A stretch of DNA of 64,000 nucleotides. Source: Mustelus asterias. Taxonomy: Eukaryota. Of the stretch, positions 37,550-47,890 are shown piece after piece. Numbering within the stretch: the stretch's first letter is position 1; each line of letters starts with the position of its first letter. The notes beneath the pieces are model-generated. The model was not told the DNA's origin, searched no databases, and saw only the letters and a list, made by a program, of their open reading frames with translations. The stretch is taken from assembly GCF_964213995.1 (NCBI RefSeq), contig NC_135806.1, positions 60,512,001 to 60,576,000 on the forward strand. Direction: 5' to 3'. The translations under genes were made by a program, and so were the position numbers.

Positions 37550-40500
37550 ATGGAACAGATCCTAAAACCGGATCGTCTGACACTGGACCCACGTGCGGTC
37601 GGTGCAGCTAACACGTTCGAACATTGGTGGAAGTGCTTCGAGGACTACCTGGCAGCCTCGGTAGCTATCACTACAGACAGTGATAGACTCCAGGTCCTCC
37701 ACGCAAGGGTAAGCGACACGATTTACCTAGCCATTCGTGCAGCTTCCACTTACCAGGGTGCCGTCGAGCTCCTAAAGAATAGGTACATTACGCCACCCAA
37801 CGAGATTCACGCTCGTTATCTCCTCGCTACACGACGTCGGCAGTCGGGCGAGACCATAGAAGACTACGCCAATGAACTCCTGCAGCTTGCCAGGGGTTGT
37901 GACTGTAAGGATGTCTCCGCCGAGCAGTACATGCAAGACCTCGCCCGAGACGCGTTCGTAGCAGGGGTAGGGTCCTCGTACATCAGACTTAAATTATTAG
38001 AAAAGGGGAAACTCAACTTGACCCAGGCAATGGGGATGGCCGTGAGGTTGGAGGCGGCGTCGAAGAGCTTGGCGCTGTACCCCGAGGACCACGTGCAGTC
38101 AACGTGGTTGGAGCAAGCTCTGCTCCCTCCTCGCCCCGCGAACCCGCGCTCCCAGATCGATTCGACGACGGCGGCAGCTCCAGGTGGCCAGCGATGCTAT
38201 TTTTGCGGTGAGGCCAAGCATCCACGGCAAGAGTGTCCGGCAAGAACGGCAATCTGCAGCCAGTGCGGTAAAAAAGGCCACTACGGCAAAGTCTGCAGGT
38301 CCAAACCTAAAAACGGCAGTGCAGCTTGTAACCCTCCAGAACGGAGACAATCTCCTTCGGCGTCGCAGTACCCACGAGGTCCGACCACGTGCGATCTCAG
38401 GACGGCGCCATCGTGGCAGACAGAGGAGGAGGAAGACCACCAGGAGTCGCTGCGCTTGGAGCCCTCGGCCACATGCGATTCATGGGGGCGGCCATCATGG
38501 TCCACGACGACTAGGAGCGACCAGCAGGGGTCCTCAGCATCCACATCGGCAGCATGCAGCAGCGACCAGCAGGGGTCCTCAGCATCCACATCGGCAGCAT
38601 GCAGTGACGCCCAGGGGCCAACGGTGGCGTCGATCTCTCTGGATCAGACCAGGCATTACAGACTGGAACATTCCATGATGGAGGTAAAGGTTAGTGGCAG
38701 AACTGTAAATTGTCTGTTTGACAGTGGGAGCACCGAAAGTTTCATACACCCTGAAACTGCTAAAAGGTGTGGACTCCGGGTTCTCCCTGCCAAACAGACA
38801 ATTTCCATGGCATCACAGTCCCGGTCTGTACCGATCCAAGGACAATGTATGGTAACTCTTGAGGTACAGGGCACAGTTTACGAGCAATACAGGCTCCTTG
38901 TGTTACCTCACCTTTGCGCGCCAATTCTCCTCGGACTAAACTTTATGGCCCACATGAGGAGTGTGATCCTACAGTACGGTGGGCCACTCCCTTCACTGGC
39001 AGTAGGGAACCAGCCGCAGCCTCCAAATTGCCCAAAGCGCCCCGCGTGCAATCTATCCACCCTGAAGATCACGACACCATCCCTTTTTAAAAATCTGGTA
39101 CCTGGCTGCAAGCCCATCGCTACTAAAAGTAGGCGTTACAGCGCTGAGGACCGGATCTTTATTAGATCTGAGGTTCAGCGGCTCCTCAAGGAAGGGATCA
39201 TACAGGCCAGTGCTAGTCCGTGGAGAGCGCAGGTCGTGGTAGTCAAAAGCGGGAACAAACCTCGGATGGTCATCGACTATAGTCAGACCATTAATAGATA
39301 CACGCAGCTGGATGCGTATCCTCTCCCGCGCATTTCTGATATGGTCAATCAGATTGCGCAGTACCGAGTGTTTTCTACCATAGACCTTAAGTCCGCCTAC
39401 CATCAACTCCCCATCCGCCCAGAGGACCGACAATATACGGCTTTTGAGGCGGATGGTCGTCTATACCAATTCCTCAGGGTTCCATTTGGTGTCACCAATG
39501 GGGTCTCGGTCTTCCAGCGTGCTATGGACCGAATGGTGGACCAGAACGGGTTGCGGGCTACCTTCCCGTACCTGGATAACGTCACCATCTGCGGCCATGA
39601 CCAGCAGGACCACGACACGAATCTCCAACACTTTCTACGCACTGCATCTCGCCTGAATCTGACCTATAACAGGGAGAAGTGCGTATTCCGTACGCATAGG
39701 TTAGCCATCCTCGGATACGTGGTGGAAAACGGGGTCATTGGCCCTGATCCAGACCGTATGCGCCCACTCACTGAACTTCCCTTGCCCGCTAGCACGAAAG
39801 CACTGAGGAGATGCCTCGGGTTCTTTTCGTATTATGCACAGTGGGTCCCCAACTACGCGGACAAAGCTCGTCCGCTCATTAAGTCCACGACCTTCCCACT
39901 TACGCCGGAGGCCCAATTGGCCTTCAAGGTTTTGAAAAGCGACATCTCGAAAGCCACGATGCACGCGGTGGATGAATCCATCCCTTTCCAGGTGGAGAGT
40001 GATGCATCGGACTTCGCCCTAGCCGCCACACTAAACCAGGCAGGCAGGCCCGTCGCGTTTTTTTCCCGCACCCTTCAAGGCCCAGAGATTCGGCACTCAG
40101 CGGTGGAAAAGGAGGCTCAGGCCATTGTGGAGGCAGTCAGACACTGGCGCCATTACCTGGCAGGTAAGCGGTTCACCCTGATCACGGATCAACGATCCGT
40201 GGCGTTTATGTTCAGTAACACGCAGAGGGGCAAGATCAAGAACGATAAGATCTTGCGGTGGAGAATTGAGCTCTCCACCTATAATTACGATATTATGTAT
40301 CGTCCAGGGAAGCTCAATGAGCCCTCGGATGCCCTCTCGCGCGGAACATGCGCCATCATGCAGGAGGACCGCTTGAAGGCTCTCCACAATGATCTGTGTC
40401 ATCCTGGAGTCACCAGACTCTACCACTTCATAAAAGCCCGCAACCTACCCTACTCGGTGGAGGAGGTCAGGTCAGTTACTAGAAGTTGTCGGATTTGCGC

Positions 40501-41587
40501 AGAATGCAAACCACACTTTTATCGACCAGACCGGGCACATTTGGTCAAGGCCACTCGCCCTTTTGAGAGGCTGAGTGTAGATTTTAAGGGCCCCCTTCCC
40601 TCAACGGATCGGAATGTCTATTTTCTTAACATAATAGACGAATTTTCCCGGTTTCCGTTTGTTTTCCCCTGTGCGGACACGTCGACTGCCACCGTCATCA
40701 AGGCATTCAGTGAGCTTTTTACCCTGTTCGGGTACCCCTGCTATATTCATAGCGACAGGGGCTCGTCGTTCATGAGCAACGACTTGAGGCAATTCCTGCT
40801 CTCATTCGGGATTGCCTCTAGTAGAACCACGAGCTACAACCCTAGGGGTAACGGACAGGTGGAAAGGGAGAATGCTACAGTCTGGAAGGCTGTCCTACTG
40901 GCACTGAAATCCAAGGGCCTTCCAGTCTCCCGGTGGCAGGAGGTCCTTCCAACTGCGCTCCATTCTATCCGCTCCCTCCTGTGTACGGCAACCAATGCTA
41001 CTCCCCACGAGAGGATGTTCTCATTCCCTCGGAAGTCGTCCTCGGGGACCTCATTGCCAGCCTGGTTGACGTACCCAGGACCCGTCCTTCTGCGGCGCCA
41101 TGTGAGGGCTCGCAAGTCCGACCCCTTGGTCGAACCGGTCCAACTCCTCCACGCCAACCCTCAGTATGCCTATGTGGCATATCCTGACGGGCGAGAGGAC
41201 ACTGTCTCCATTAGAGACCTGGCGCCCGCAGGGGACGTAGCAACTCCTGTCGCTCCTATTCCCCCAGTCACAGATCCACTACTCCTCATTACTTCCCCAG
41301 ACGTGGCGCGGTCAGCACCGGGACCAGTGCATAACACTTTTACTCCCATGTACAGCTTGCCTGAGACTCGGAGATCGGCGCCACCATCATCACCACCACC
41401 ACCACCACCAAACGTTCCAGGATCCCCTACACCATCGCCTCATCAGGGCCGGCCGGCCCGGGAGTCTTTGAGGGGACAGCCAGATGTTGTTTTGAGAGAG
41501 CCACCGCAAGCACCTGCTCCGGTTTCGCAACCGGTGTTGAGAAGATCGCAGCGTCGGTGTGGTCCTCCAGACCGTCTGGACTTGTGA
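37550..41587 (+). CDS. Gag-Pol polyprotein, 1345 aa
   Basis: Same domains as copy 1; 8 amino-acid differences seen. Confidence 0.96.
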   Translation: MEQILKPDRLTLDPRAVGAANTFEHWWKCFEDYLAASVAITTDSDRLQVLHARVSDTIYLAIRAASTYQGAVELLKNRYITPPNEIHARYLLATRRRQSGETIEDYANELLQLARGCDCKDVSAEQYMQDLARDAFVAGVGSSYIRLKLLEKGKLNLTQAMGMAVRLEAASKSLALYPEDHVQSTWLEQALLPPRPANPRSQIDSTTAAAPGGQRCYFCGEAKHPRQECPARTAICSQCGKKGHYGKVCRSKPKNGSAACNPPERRQSPSASQYPRGPTTCDLRTAPSWQTEEEEDHQESLRLEPSATCDSWGRPSWSTTTRSDQQGSSASTSAACSSDQQGSSASTSAACSDAQGPTVASISLDQTRHYRLEHSMMEVKVSGRTVNCLFDSGSTESFIHPETAKRCGLRVLPAKQTISMASQSRSVPIQGQCMVTLEVQGTVYEQYRLLVLPHLCAPILLGLNFMAHMRSVILQYGGPLPSLAVGNQPQPPNCPKRPACNLSTLKITTPSLFKNLVPGCKPIATKSRRYSAEDRIFIRSEVQRLLKEGIIQASASPWRAQVVVVKSGNKPRMVIDYSQTINRYTQLDAYPLPRISDMVNQIAQYRVFSTIDLKSAYHQLPIRPEDRQYTAFEADGRLYQFLRVPFGVTNGVSVFQRAMDRMVDQNGLRATFPYLDNVTICGHDQQDHDTNLQHFLRTASRLNLTYNREKCVFRTHRLAILGYVVENGVIGPDPDRMRPLTELPLPASTKALRRCLGFFSYYAQWVPNYADKARPLIKSTTFPLTPEAQLAFKVLKSDISKATMHAVDESIPFQVESDASDFALAATLNQAGRPVAFFSRTLQGPEIRHSAVEKEAQAIVEAVRHWRHYLAGKRFTLITDQRSVAFMFSNTQRGKIKNDKILRWRIELSTYNYDIMYRPGKLNEPSDALSRGTCAIMQEDRLKALHNDLCHPGVTRLYHFIKARNLPYSVEEVRSVTRSCRICAECKPHFYRPDRAHLVKATRPFERLSVDFKGPLPSTDRNVYFLNIIDEFSRFPFVFPCADTSTATVIKAFSELFTLFGYPCYIHSDRGSSFMSNDLRQFLLSFGIASSRTTSYNPRGNGQVERENATVWKAVLLALKSKGLPVSRWQEVLPTALHSIRSLLCTATNATPHERMFSFPRKSSSGTSLPAWLTYPGPVLLRRHVRARKSDPLVEPVQLLHANPQYAYVAYPDGREDTVSIRDLAPAGDVATPVAPIPPVTDPLLLITSPDVARSAPGPVHNTFTPMYSLPETRRSAPPSSPPPPPPNVPGSPTPSPHQGRPARESLRGQPDVVLREPPQAPAPVSQPVLRRSQRRCGPPDRLDL

Positions 41588-41992
41588 ATCCTGTTATTTT
41601 TTTTGTCATTGTCTGTTTTCATCCACCCCGCCACCTTTGGTTCCTAAAGGAGGGGTGAATGTGGTGAACCATCGTTGGTTCACCACTGGGGTTGTTATTG
41701 TGTTACTGTTGGGCTAGGGTGTTGTTGTTATGGGGGTTGTACTATGTTGTTGGGATAGGGTGTTTACCTGTCCTAAGTGTTATCATGGCACACTCCAGTG
41801 GGGTCCCGCCTCCGGTGGCAGGGTATAAGACCCCCTGCTCCGGCAGGACCCCTTCAGTCTGAACGGGTGAATTTGTGTTAGTAGTTTCATTGTTAATGTA
41901 TTAAGGCCTTCAGTTCTAAAGCCTTGTTTCCGGGTGCTCATTGAGGTGCATCAATTTTCTATGTCCTAAACAAATCAAACTCATAGTTAAAT

Positions 41993-43028
41993 GGACCAGG
42001 ATTCTCCCAAAAAAATTCTAAGTCCCCAATTCATGTGAAAACGCGAGTAACACCTACTGATTATTTTAGCGTGGTTTTCAGAATGAATTTCCTGCAATCT
42101 GTGCATCACAGAGTGCCTCAGCGTGATTCACTCTGAAAATCAGTGGGTGGGGCCTAGTCCCGCCCACGAGGCCGGCAGCATAGCGCTGAGCGGGCTACTG
42201 CGCATGCAGTGATCTGTCAGCACAGAGATCGGCGCAAGCATATTGGCCCCGCATTGCTGGCCTCCCGACAGCTGACCTCCAAGGCATCCCCGGGCCAATC
42301 CTTATGTCCCCACTCCCCAGCCAGCTCCGATCTCCCCAACATCCCCCCCCCCCAAAACAGTCCCAACGCCACCCGCCACCACCCTGCAGCCCCAAAACCC
42401 CTTCATCCCGACTCCACCTCATGCCCCCCACCTGGAAGGCCAGCCCCGATTGCCATCCTCTCTCCCTCTACCTGTGATCCCGAATGCAAAATGGCAGCGG
42501 TATTCCTGCACCCCCACCGATCGCCCCCCCACAAGCCCTGTCCCCAATAGCCCCCTGGCTCCGCCCCCTTGGCACTGCCTGATGCCCAGGCGGCAGTGCC
42601 AAGGTTGGGCATTGCCAGTTTGTCTCTTGCAGAGTGCCAGACGGCTAGGCTGGCACTGCCCAAGGGGCACTCCCCTTATCCCTGACCTCCAGGGGGGTCC
42701 TCAATGGCCTCTCTTCACTCCAGCGGGATTGGCCACCTGTTCGCCCGTTAGTGGGGAGGGAGCAAGATTTAATCCCGCTGAAGGGAACCACTCCTGGCGG
42801 GGGGGACAAGATGCTATCCCGGGCCCGCTAATGAAAGTTAAATGCGGATTAGCATATTGAAATCAGCTCTGTGCCGATTTCTGGCGCAGAGCTGATTACT
42901 CTGAAAATTTTGAAATGGGAGACGCGCAGAAGCTGTGGCACCCAGCGGGAAGCCAGCGAAAAGCCTCCGTTGATATCTCCCGGCCCGTTGCGTTGCTGGA
43001 GCAGCGCAGTGGGCTGGGAGAATTGCCC
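41993..43028 (+). mobile_element. Non-autonomous Harbinger-type element
   Basis: Imperfect TIRs (GGATTCTCCCA / TGGGAGAATTGCCC); homologous to 59243-60423 in reverse orientation. Confidence 0.75.
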
Positions 43029-43848
43029 TGATTTTGAATGAAACAAAGTTGTAATCCAATTGAGTTCTGAAAACTTTGGCACAATTTAAATTGCATTTAC
43101 CATTTTGTGCACTATTGCTGCCAGCCTATGTCACTCCTGTCACCAGCCATACTTTATTACATAAACAGGAAAGTCCGTCCTGCGATGGTGCGCCCAGAGT
43201 AATTGGGATGTCCAACGCAGGGACAGCCTCTTAGTTGCATGACACTGATGAACAGCCAGCCAATGCCAGTGAGGTGGGGACCTACTTTTGGTCCACACGC
43301 CAGAAAAATTGCAAAGCCGGGAAGATTCCACCCAAGGTTTCCCGAATCCTAAGATTGGAGCTTGGAAATACAGAAAACGGAATTCTCTTTCTTCTGGCCC
43401 TCAGTTGGATGAGTGGCACATAGGTGCACTAAAAAGAGGTCAGAGATCAGAGGTCTCTATTTGAGCTGTTTATCTGCACTCCCAACAGCATTATAAATGT
43501 GCCAATTGAGCTGGATTTCATAAAGGTCAAAGACATTTCTGTTTATCTCCATTTATCTCCATTATCAGCCGTCACTGTAGAAAATCTGAAATGAGCCTGG
43601 GAATGAGATCTATGTTGCCAGAAGACAAAGGAGGCATAGAATGGAAACATGTAGCAAAACCTGAGAAGGTCAATAGCAACAGAGGATCTAATTTTAACTG
43701 ACTGCCTTGCAATAATGACTGGAAATGTGTGACCTACACATTTATTTATGCTGATGCTTCAGCAGCTGTCACCTTGGGTGAGGTTTTTAGAAGGGTAACC
43801 ACAGCAACTGCCTGGTTCTAGGATGTAGCAAGTTATCTGTTTTTTATT

Positions 43849-44350
43849 TTTCATATACGACTATGTCAGGCTGTTGTTTGGCTAGCGTGTGTGACAGTTC
43901 TCCCAATTTTGGCATAAGACTTCAGATGTTAGTAAGGAGGACTTTGCAGGATCAACAACGCTGGGTGTGCCATTGTTGCCAAGGTCGACGTCAGGTGATC
44001 CAAGTGGATTCAATCCCTTTTGACTTTGTAGAAGTTTGGTACAACTGAATGGCTTGCTAGGCTACTTCGGGGGCCATTTAAAAGTCAACCACTTTGCTGA
44101 CGGACTGAAGTCACATGTAGGCCAGACCAGGGAAGGAAGGCAGATTTCCTTCACTGAAGTCCATTAATGAACCAGATGGGATTTTACAACAATTGACAAT
44201 GGTTGCATGGCCACCATTACTGAGACCAACTTTTTAATTCCAGATTTTTTCATTGAATTTAAATGCTTTTTGAACCCATGTTCCAGAGCATTAGTCTAGG
44301 CCTCTGGATTACTAGTCCAGTGGCATTACCACTTTGCCACCACCTCCCCT
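43849..44350 (-). mobile_element. SINE-B-like tRNA head running into an APE endonuclease N-terminus
   Basis: Family B head followed by LTNI*SLMPKLGELSHTLAKQQPDIVVYE. Confidence 0.7.
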
Positions 44351-44500
44351 CAAATACAATATGCAAATTGATGTCAAATGGCATATTTAGGACCACGATC
44401 GAACTTTGAGATACAATTGGACAGAGAACTGTGCACCCTCCATCCAATTTTGTCTTCTGTTACAATGTCCCTTTAAGGGGCTATCACTTTCTTCTAATTA

Positions 44501-44692
44501 GTTTTCACACAGAGAGTGGTGGACGTCTGGAACATTTAAGGGATATCTGGACAGGTACATGAATAGAAAGGGAATAGAGGGATACAGACTGAGTAAGGGC
44601 AGAAGGTGTTATAGTTCAGTTAGGATATCATGATTGGCACAAGCTTAGAGGGCCTAAGGGCCTGTTCCTGTGCTGTACTTTTCTTTGTTCTT
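44501..44692 (+). mobile_element. CR1 3' fragment
   Basis: TTCACACAGAGAGTGGTG...GGGCCTGTTCCTGTGCTGTA. Confidence 0.8.
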
Positions 44693-46454
44693 AATTTGCT
44701 CATTTGATTTTTATCAAAAGTGTCTAGATAGAAATTGTGCTTAATCAGTCCCCAAAACAACATTTTAATTTAAGTCAGTAAGTTTTCTTTAACGTTTAGT
44801 TTTCTGCTACAATGCCCCTTGGGGCTCTCAACTTATTTATTTAATGTATTTATTTACCCATTTTTGTACTCAAAAGAGTATATAGGCAGAGACTGTGCTT
44901 CATCAGCCCCCAAAACAATATTTTAATTTAAGTCAATAAGTTTCCTTTGGAGCTTATTTCTGTTACAGTTCCCCTTTAAGGGTCTATCACTTTAATTTAA
45001 TTAGTTAATTAGGTTCATCTTTGTTTCATTTGTTCTATTTCCAAAAGAGGTGATGGAGACACTAGGTAAATAGGTAGGAGGCAGACAAATGTACTGCAGA
45101 ATTCTCTAAATTAAGGAACTATCAAGAAAAGGATCTGTGTCTCGTTGCATGCCCTACCATCTGTGTTGGGATCTGTTTATCCTTAAACTGCTACAAGGAT
45201 AAATGTAATCTGAATATTATAACATGAAACATTAGCTTGATCTAACCTATTTTTTTATTTAACCTATATACTATTCTTAAAATAGTGATCTGGTACCATA
45301 TTTTGCAAGTAAATCTATAGAGATATTGCACTTATTCCCCAATAAATATTTCTGAAACATTAAATATAGGAGTTTTCCAAAAAAAATCCAACTCAGACAT
45401 AAGCTTGAAATTGTATCAGACTATGTTTTAGGAAAAAAAAACTGGTTTGTGTTTTCTCATAGGTTTATTTCATAGACAGGGCACTGGGGCCACATAACGG
45501 TAGAGTTTGAGCCAGGGATTGTTTTCACAGCTGGAAATGGGAATGTTCGGAACTGAATGTATTGGTGAACTTCAGTGATTTAGAGACGGAAAGTCAAGCT
45601 ATTTGTAAATGACACAATCACCCCAACTCTACCCATGGGTGAGATGACATTATAATTCATCATCTATCTGAAAATCTCCCAGAATGTTGCAGATCAAGAC
45701 AGTAGTTTGCTTCTTGCTGTAACTTAAAATGGAATCAGCGAAGGTGCCTGTGGAGTGGAAGGAAAAAAAAGAAATTATTCCGCTTTATGAAGGAAAAGCC
45801 CCACGTTGAGTATGGCAGTCAGAGATCAATAACCCTCTGGAAAAGTCCTTACATAGATCCTCCTGCTCCGCTTCCATCAATCCTAACAAACCAATAGTTT
45901 TCACCAATTGTCCATCTACAATGGGCATCATACTTGCTCTCCAACTACTGTCTGAGATTCATTGTGACTTTAACTGTGATGCCAAGAACTGAACATTTTA
46001 TGAGGGTTTATCATAACTACCTTGCTTTCATGTGCTATGGCACTATTTATAAAGCCTATGATCCTTAACACATATCCAGATTTCTGCACTCCCTTTAGAG
46101 TTGTACCCTCTATTGTTTATTACCAATATAAAACATTTCCTACTTCTCTACATTAAACTTCATCTGCCTCTAGTCCGCCCATTCCATCAGCCTGGCTACA
46201 TCCTCTTGAAGGTTATCCTTACCCTTGCACTGTTCCCAACACTTCCACGTTTTAATTGTCATTCTCAAATTTTGACCATGTACACCATGTTTAAGAGTCA
46301 AAGTCGAAATAACATAGCACAGAAAGGATATAAAAGACCAAAATTGTTACAGTGTGCAAGAACATAAGTACGAGAACAATTCAAAGTGAAAGTTGAAAAT
46401 GTTGTCTCAACTGCATTCACAAAAAGGTCCTTAAGACTATGGGTGAGGTTTTTT

Positions 46455-46795
46455 CCTTTAAAATTTCATGCAACATGGGCGTCACTGGCAAGGCCAGCAT
46501 TTTGTTGCACATCCCTAATTGCCCTTGAACTGAGTGACATTTCAGAGAGCAGTTAAGAGTCAAGCGCATTACTGTGGGTCTGGAGTCACGTGTAGACCAG
46601 ACCAGGTAAAGACAGCAGATTTACTTCCCTAAAGGACAGTAGTGAACCAGGTGGAATTTTACAACAATCGAAGGTAGTTTCATAGTCACCATTATTGAGG
46701 CTACCTTTATGTTCCAACTTTTATTATTTCACCAGCGTCCAAGGTGGGAACTGAACCCATATCACCAGAGCATTAGCCAATTACCACTATTGCCC
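46455..46795 (-). mobile_element. SINE family B, degraded
   Basis: Homologous to 19121-19487. Confidence 0.75.
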
Positions 46796-47364
46796 ACATA
46801 TGTAAACATTGCACATGCTTATGTTGTACCCTCCATTAATGGAAGGCAATAGTGAGCAGTCCTATCCGAACTCGCACCAAGTCCCGTTAACTTCTGTGCT
46901 GTTCCCAGTCCAGCAATGGCACACATTTTAAATTCTCATAATGTTCTCAAATGATAGTTGGCCATTCCAAATGTTTCCACCTCGCTACCTCCCTTTCTTC
47001 ACCTTCAGAATCCTCATTTGAAGCTAAGCTCTTCGTCACCGATCCTAATGGATCAGAACTCCTGGTCAGTGGTGGCGCCTGTCACTAACTGTGATTTAAT
47101 CTGCCCACTTACCATTTTACACTAGAGCCTTAGTTTGAATCCAGCTCCAGTTTGAATCCAGCGATGAACAGATTGGGGAAGCCTGACGGTGAAATGTAAC
47201 TACAATGCAGCCCTGATCCCTTTTTCTTCATAAACTGAAGTCTCTTAAGATCTGTCTTCAGTTCATTGAGCAGCAGAGTTTTTAAATGTCACCCACAACA
47301 CTATACAGGCTCCTCCCATGCCCCTTCCACAGTTACTCCCCTCCATCCCAGCTTGACCTCTAGT

Positions 47365-47890
47365 TGTCATTGATCAGAAACTCAACCATATAAAGACTGT
47401 GGCTACAAGAGCAGGTCAGAAGCTGGAAATTCTGTGACGAGTAACTCACTTCCTGACTCCCCAAAATTTGTCCACCATCTACAAGGCAGAAGTCAGGAGC
47501 GTGATGGAAAACTACCCACATTCCTGGATGGGTGCAGCTCCAACAACACTCAAGAAGCTTGATACCATCCTGGACAAAGTAGCTCGCTTGATTGGCATCC
47601 CTTCCATCACCTTAAATAAACATTTACTCCCTCCACCACTGATGCACAGTGGCAGCAGTGTGTGCCAGCTACAGGAAGCATTGCACCAACTCATCAAGGT
47701 TCCTTCAACAGCACCTTCCAAATCTGCAATTTCTACAATCTAGAATGACAAGAGTAATAAATGCATAGGGACACCACCGCCTGCAAGTTCCCCTCCAAGT
47801 CACATACCATCCTGACTTGCAACTGTGTCACTGTTTCTTCACTGTAACTGGGTCAAAACCCTAGACTGTCTTCTTAACTGCACTGTAAGC
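47365..47890 (+). mobile_element. LINE family B 3' fragment
   Basis: STIYKAEVRSVME..WMGAAPTTLKKLDTI; homologous to the LINE portions of 31290-32260. Confidence 0.85.

Larger units (their letters stand above)
37234..41953 (+). mobile_element. Full-length Ty3/Gypsy (Mag-like) LTR retrotransposon, copy 2
   Basis: LTRs 37234-37527 and 41660-41953 (one difference seen); TSD ATTTT at 37229-37233 and 41954-41958; PPT 41646-41659. Confidence 0.97.

Noticed and set aside
45463-45640. Candidate host exon bounded by AG and GT
   Set aside because: Stop codons in all three plus-strand frames and no recognisable protein
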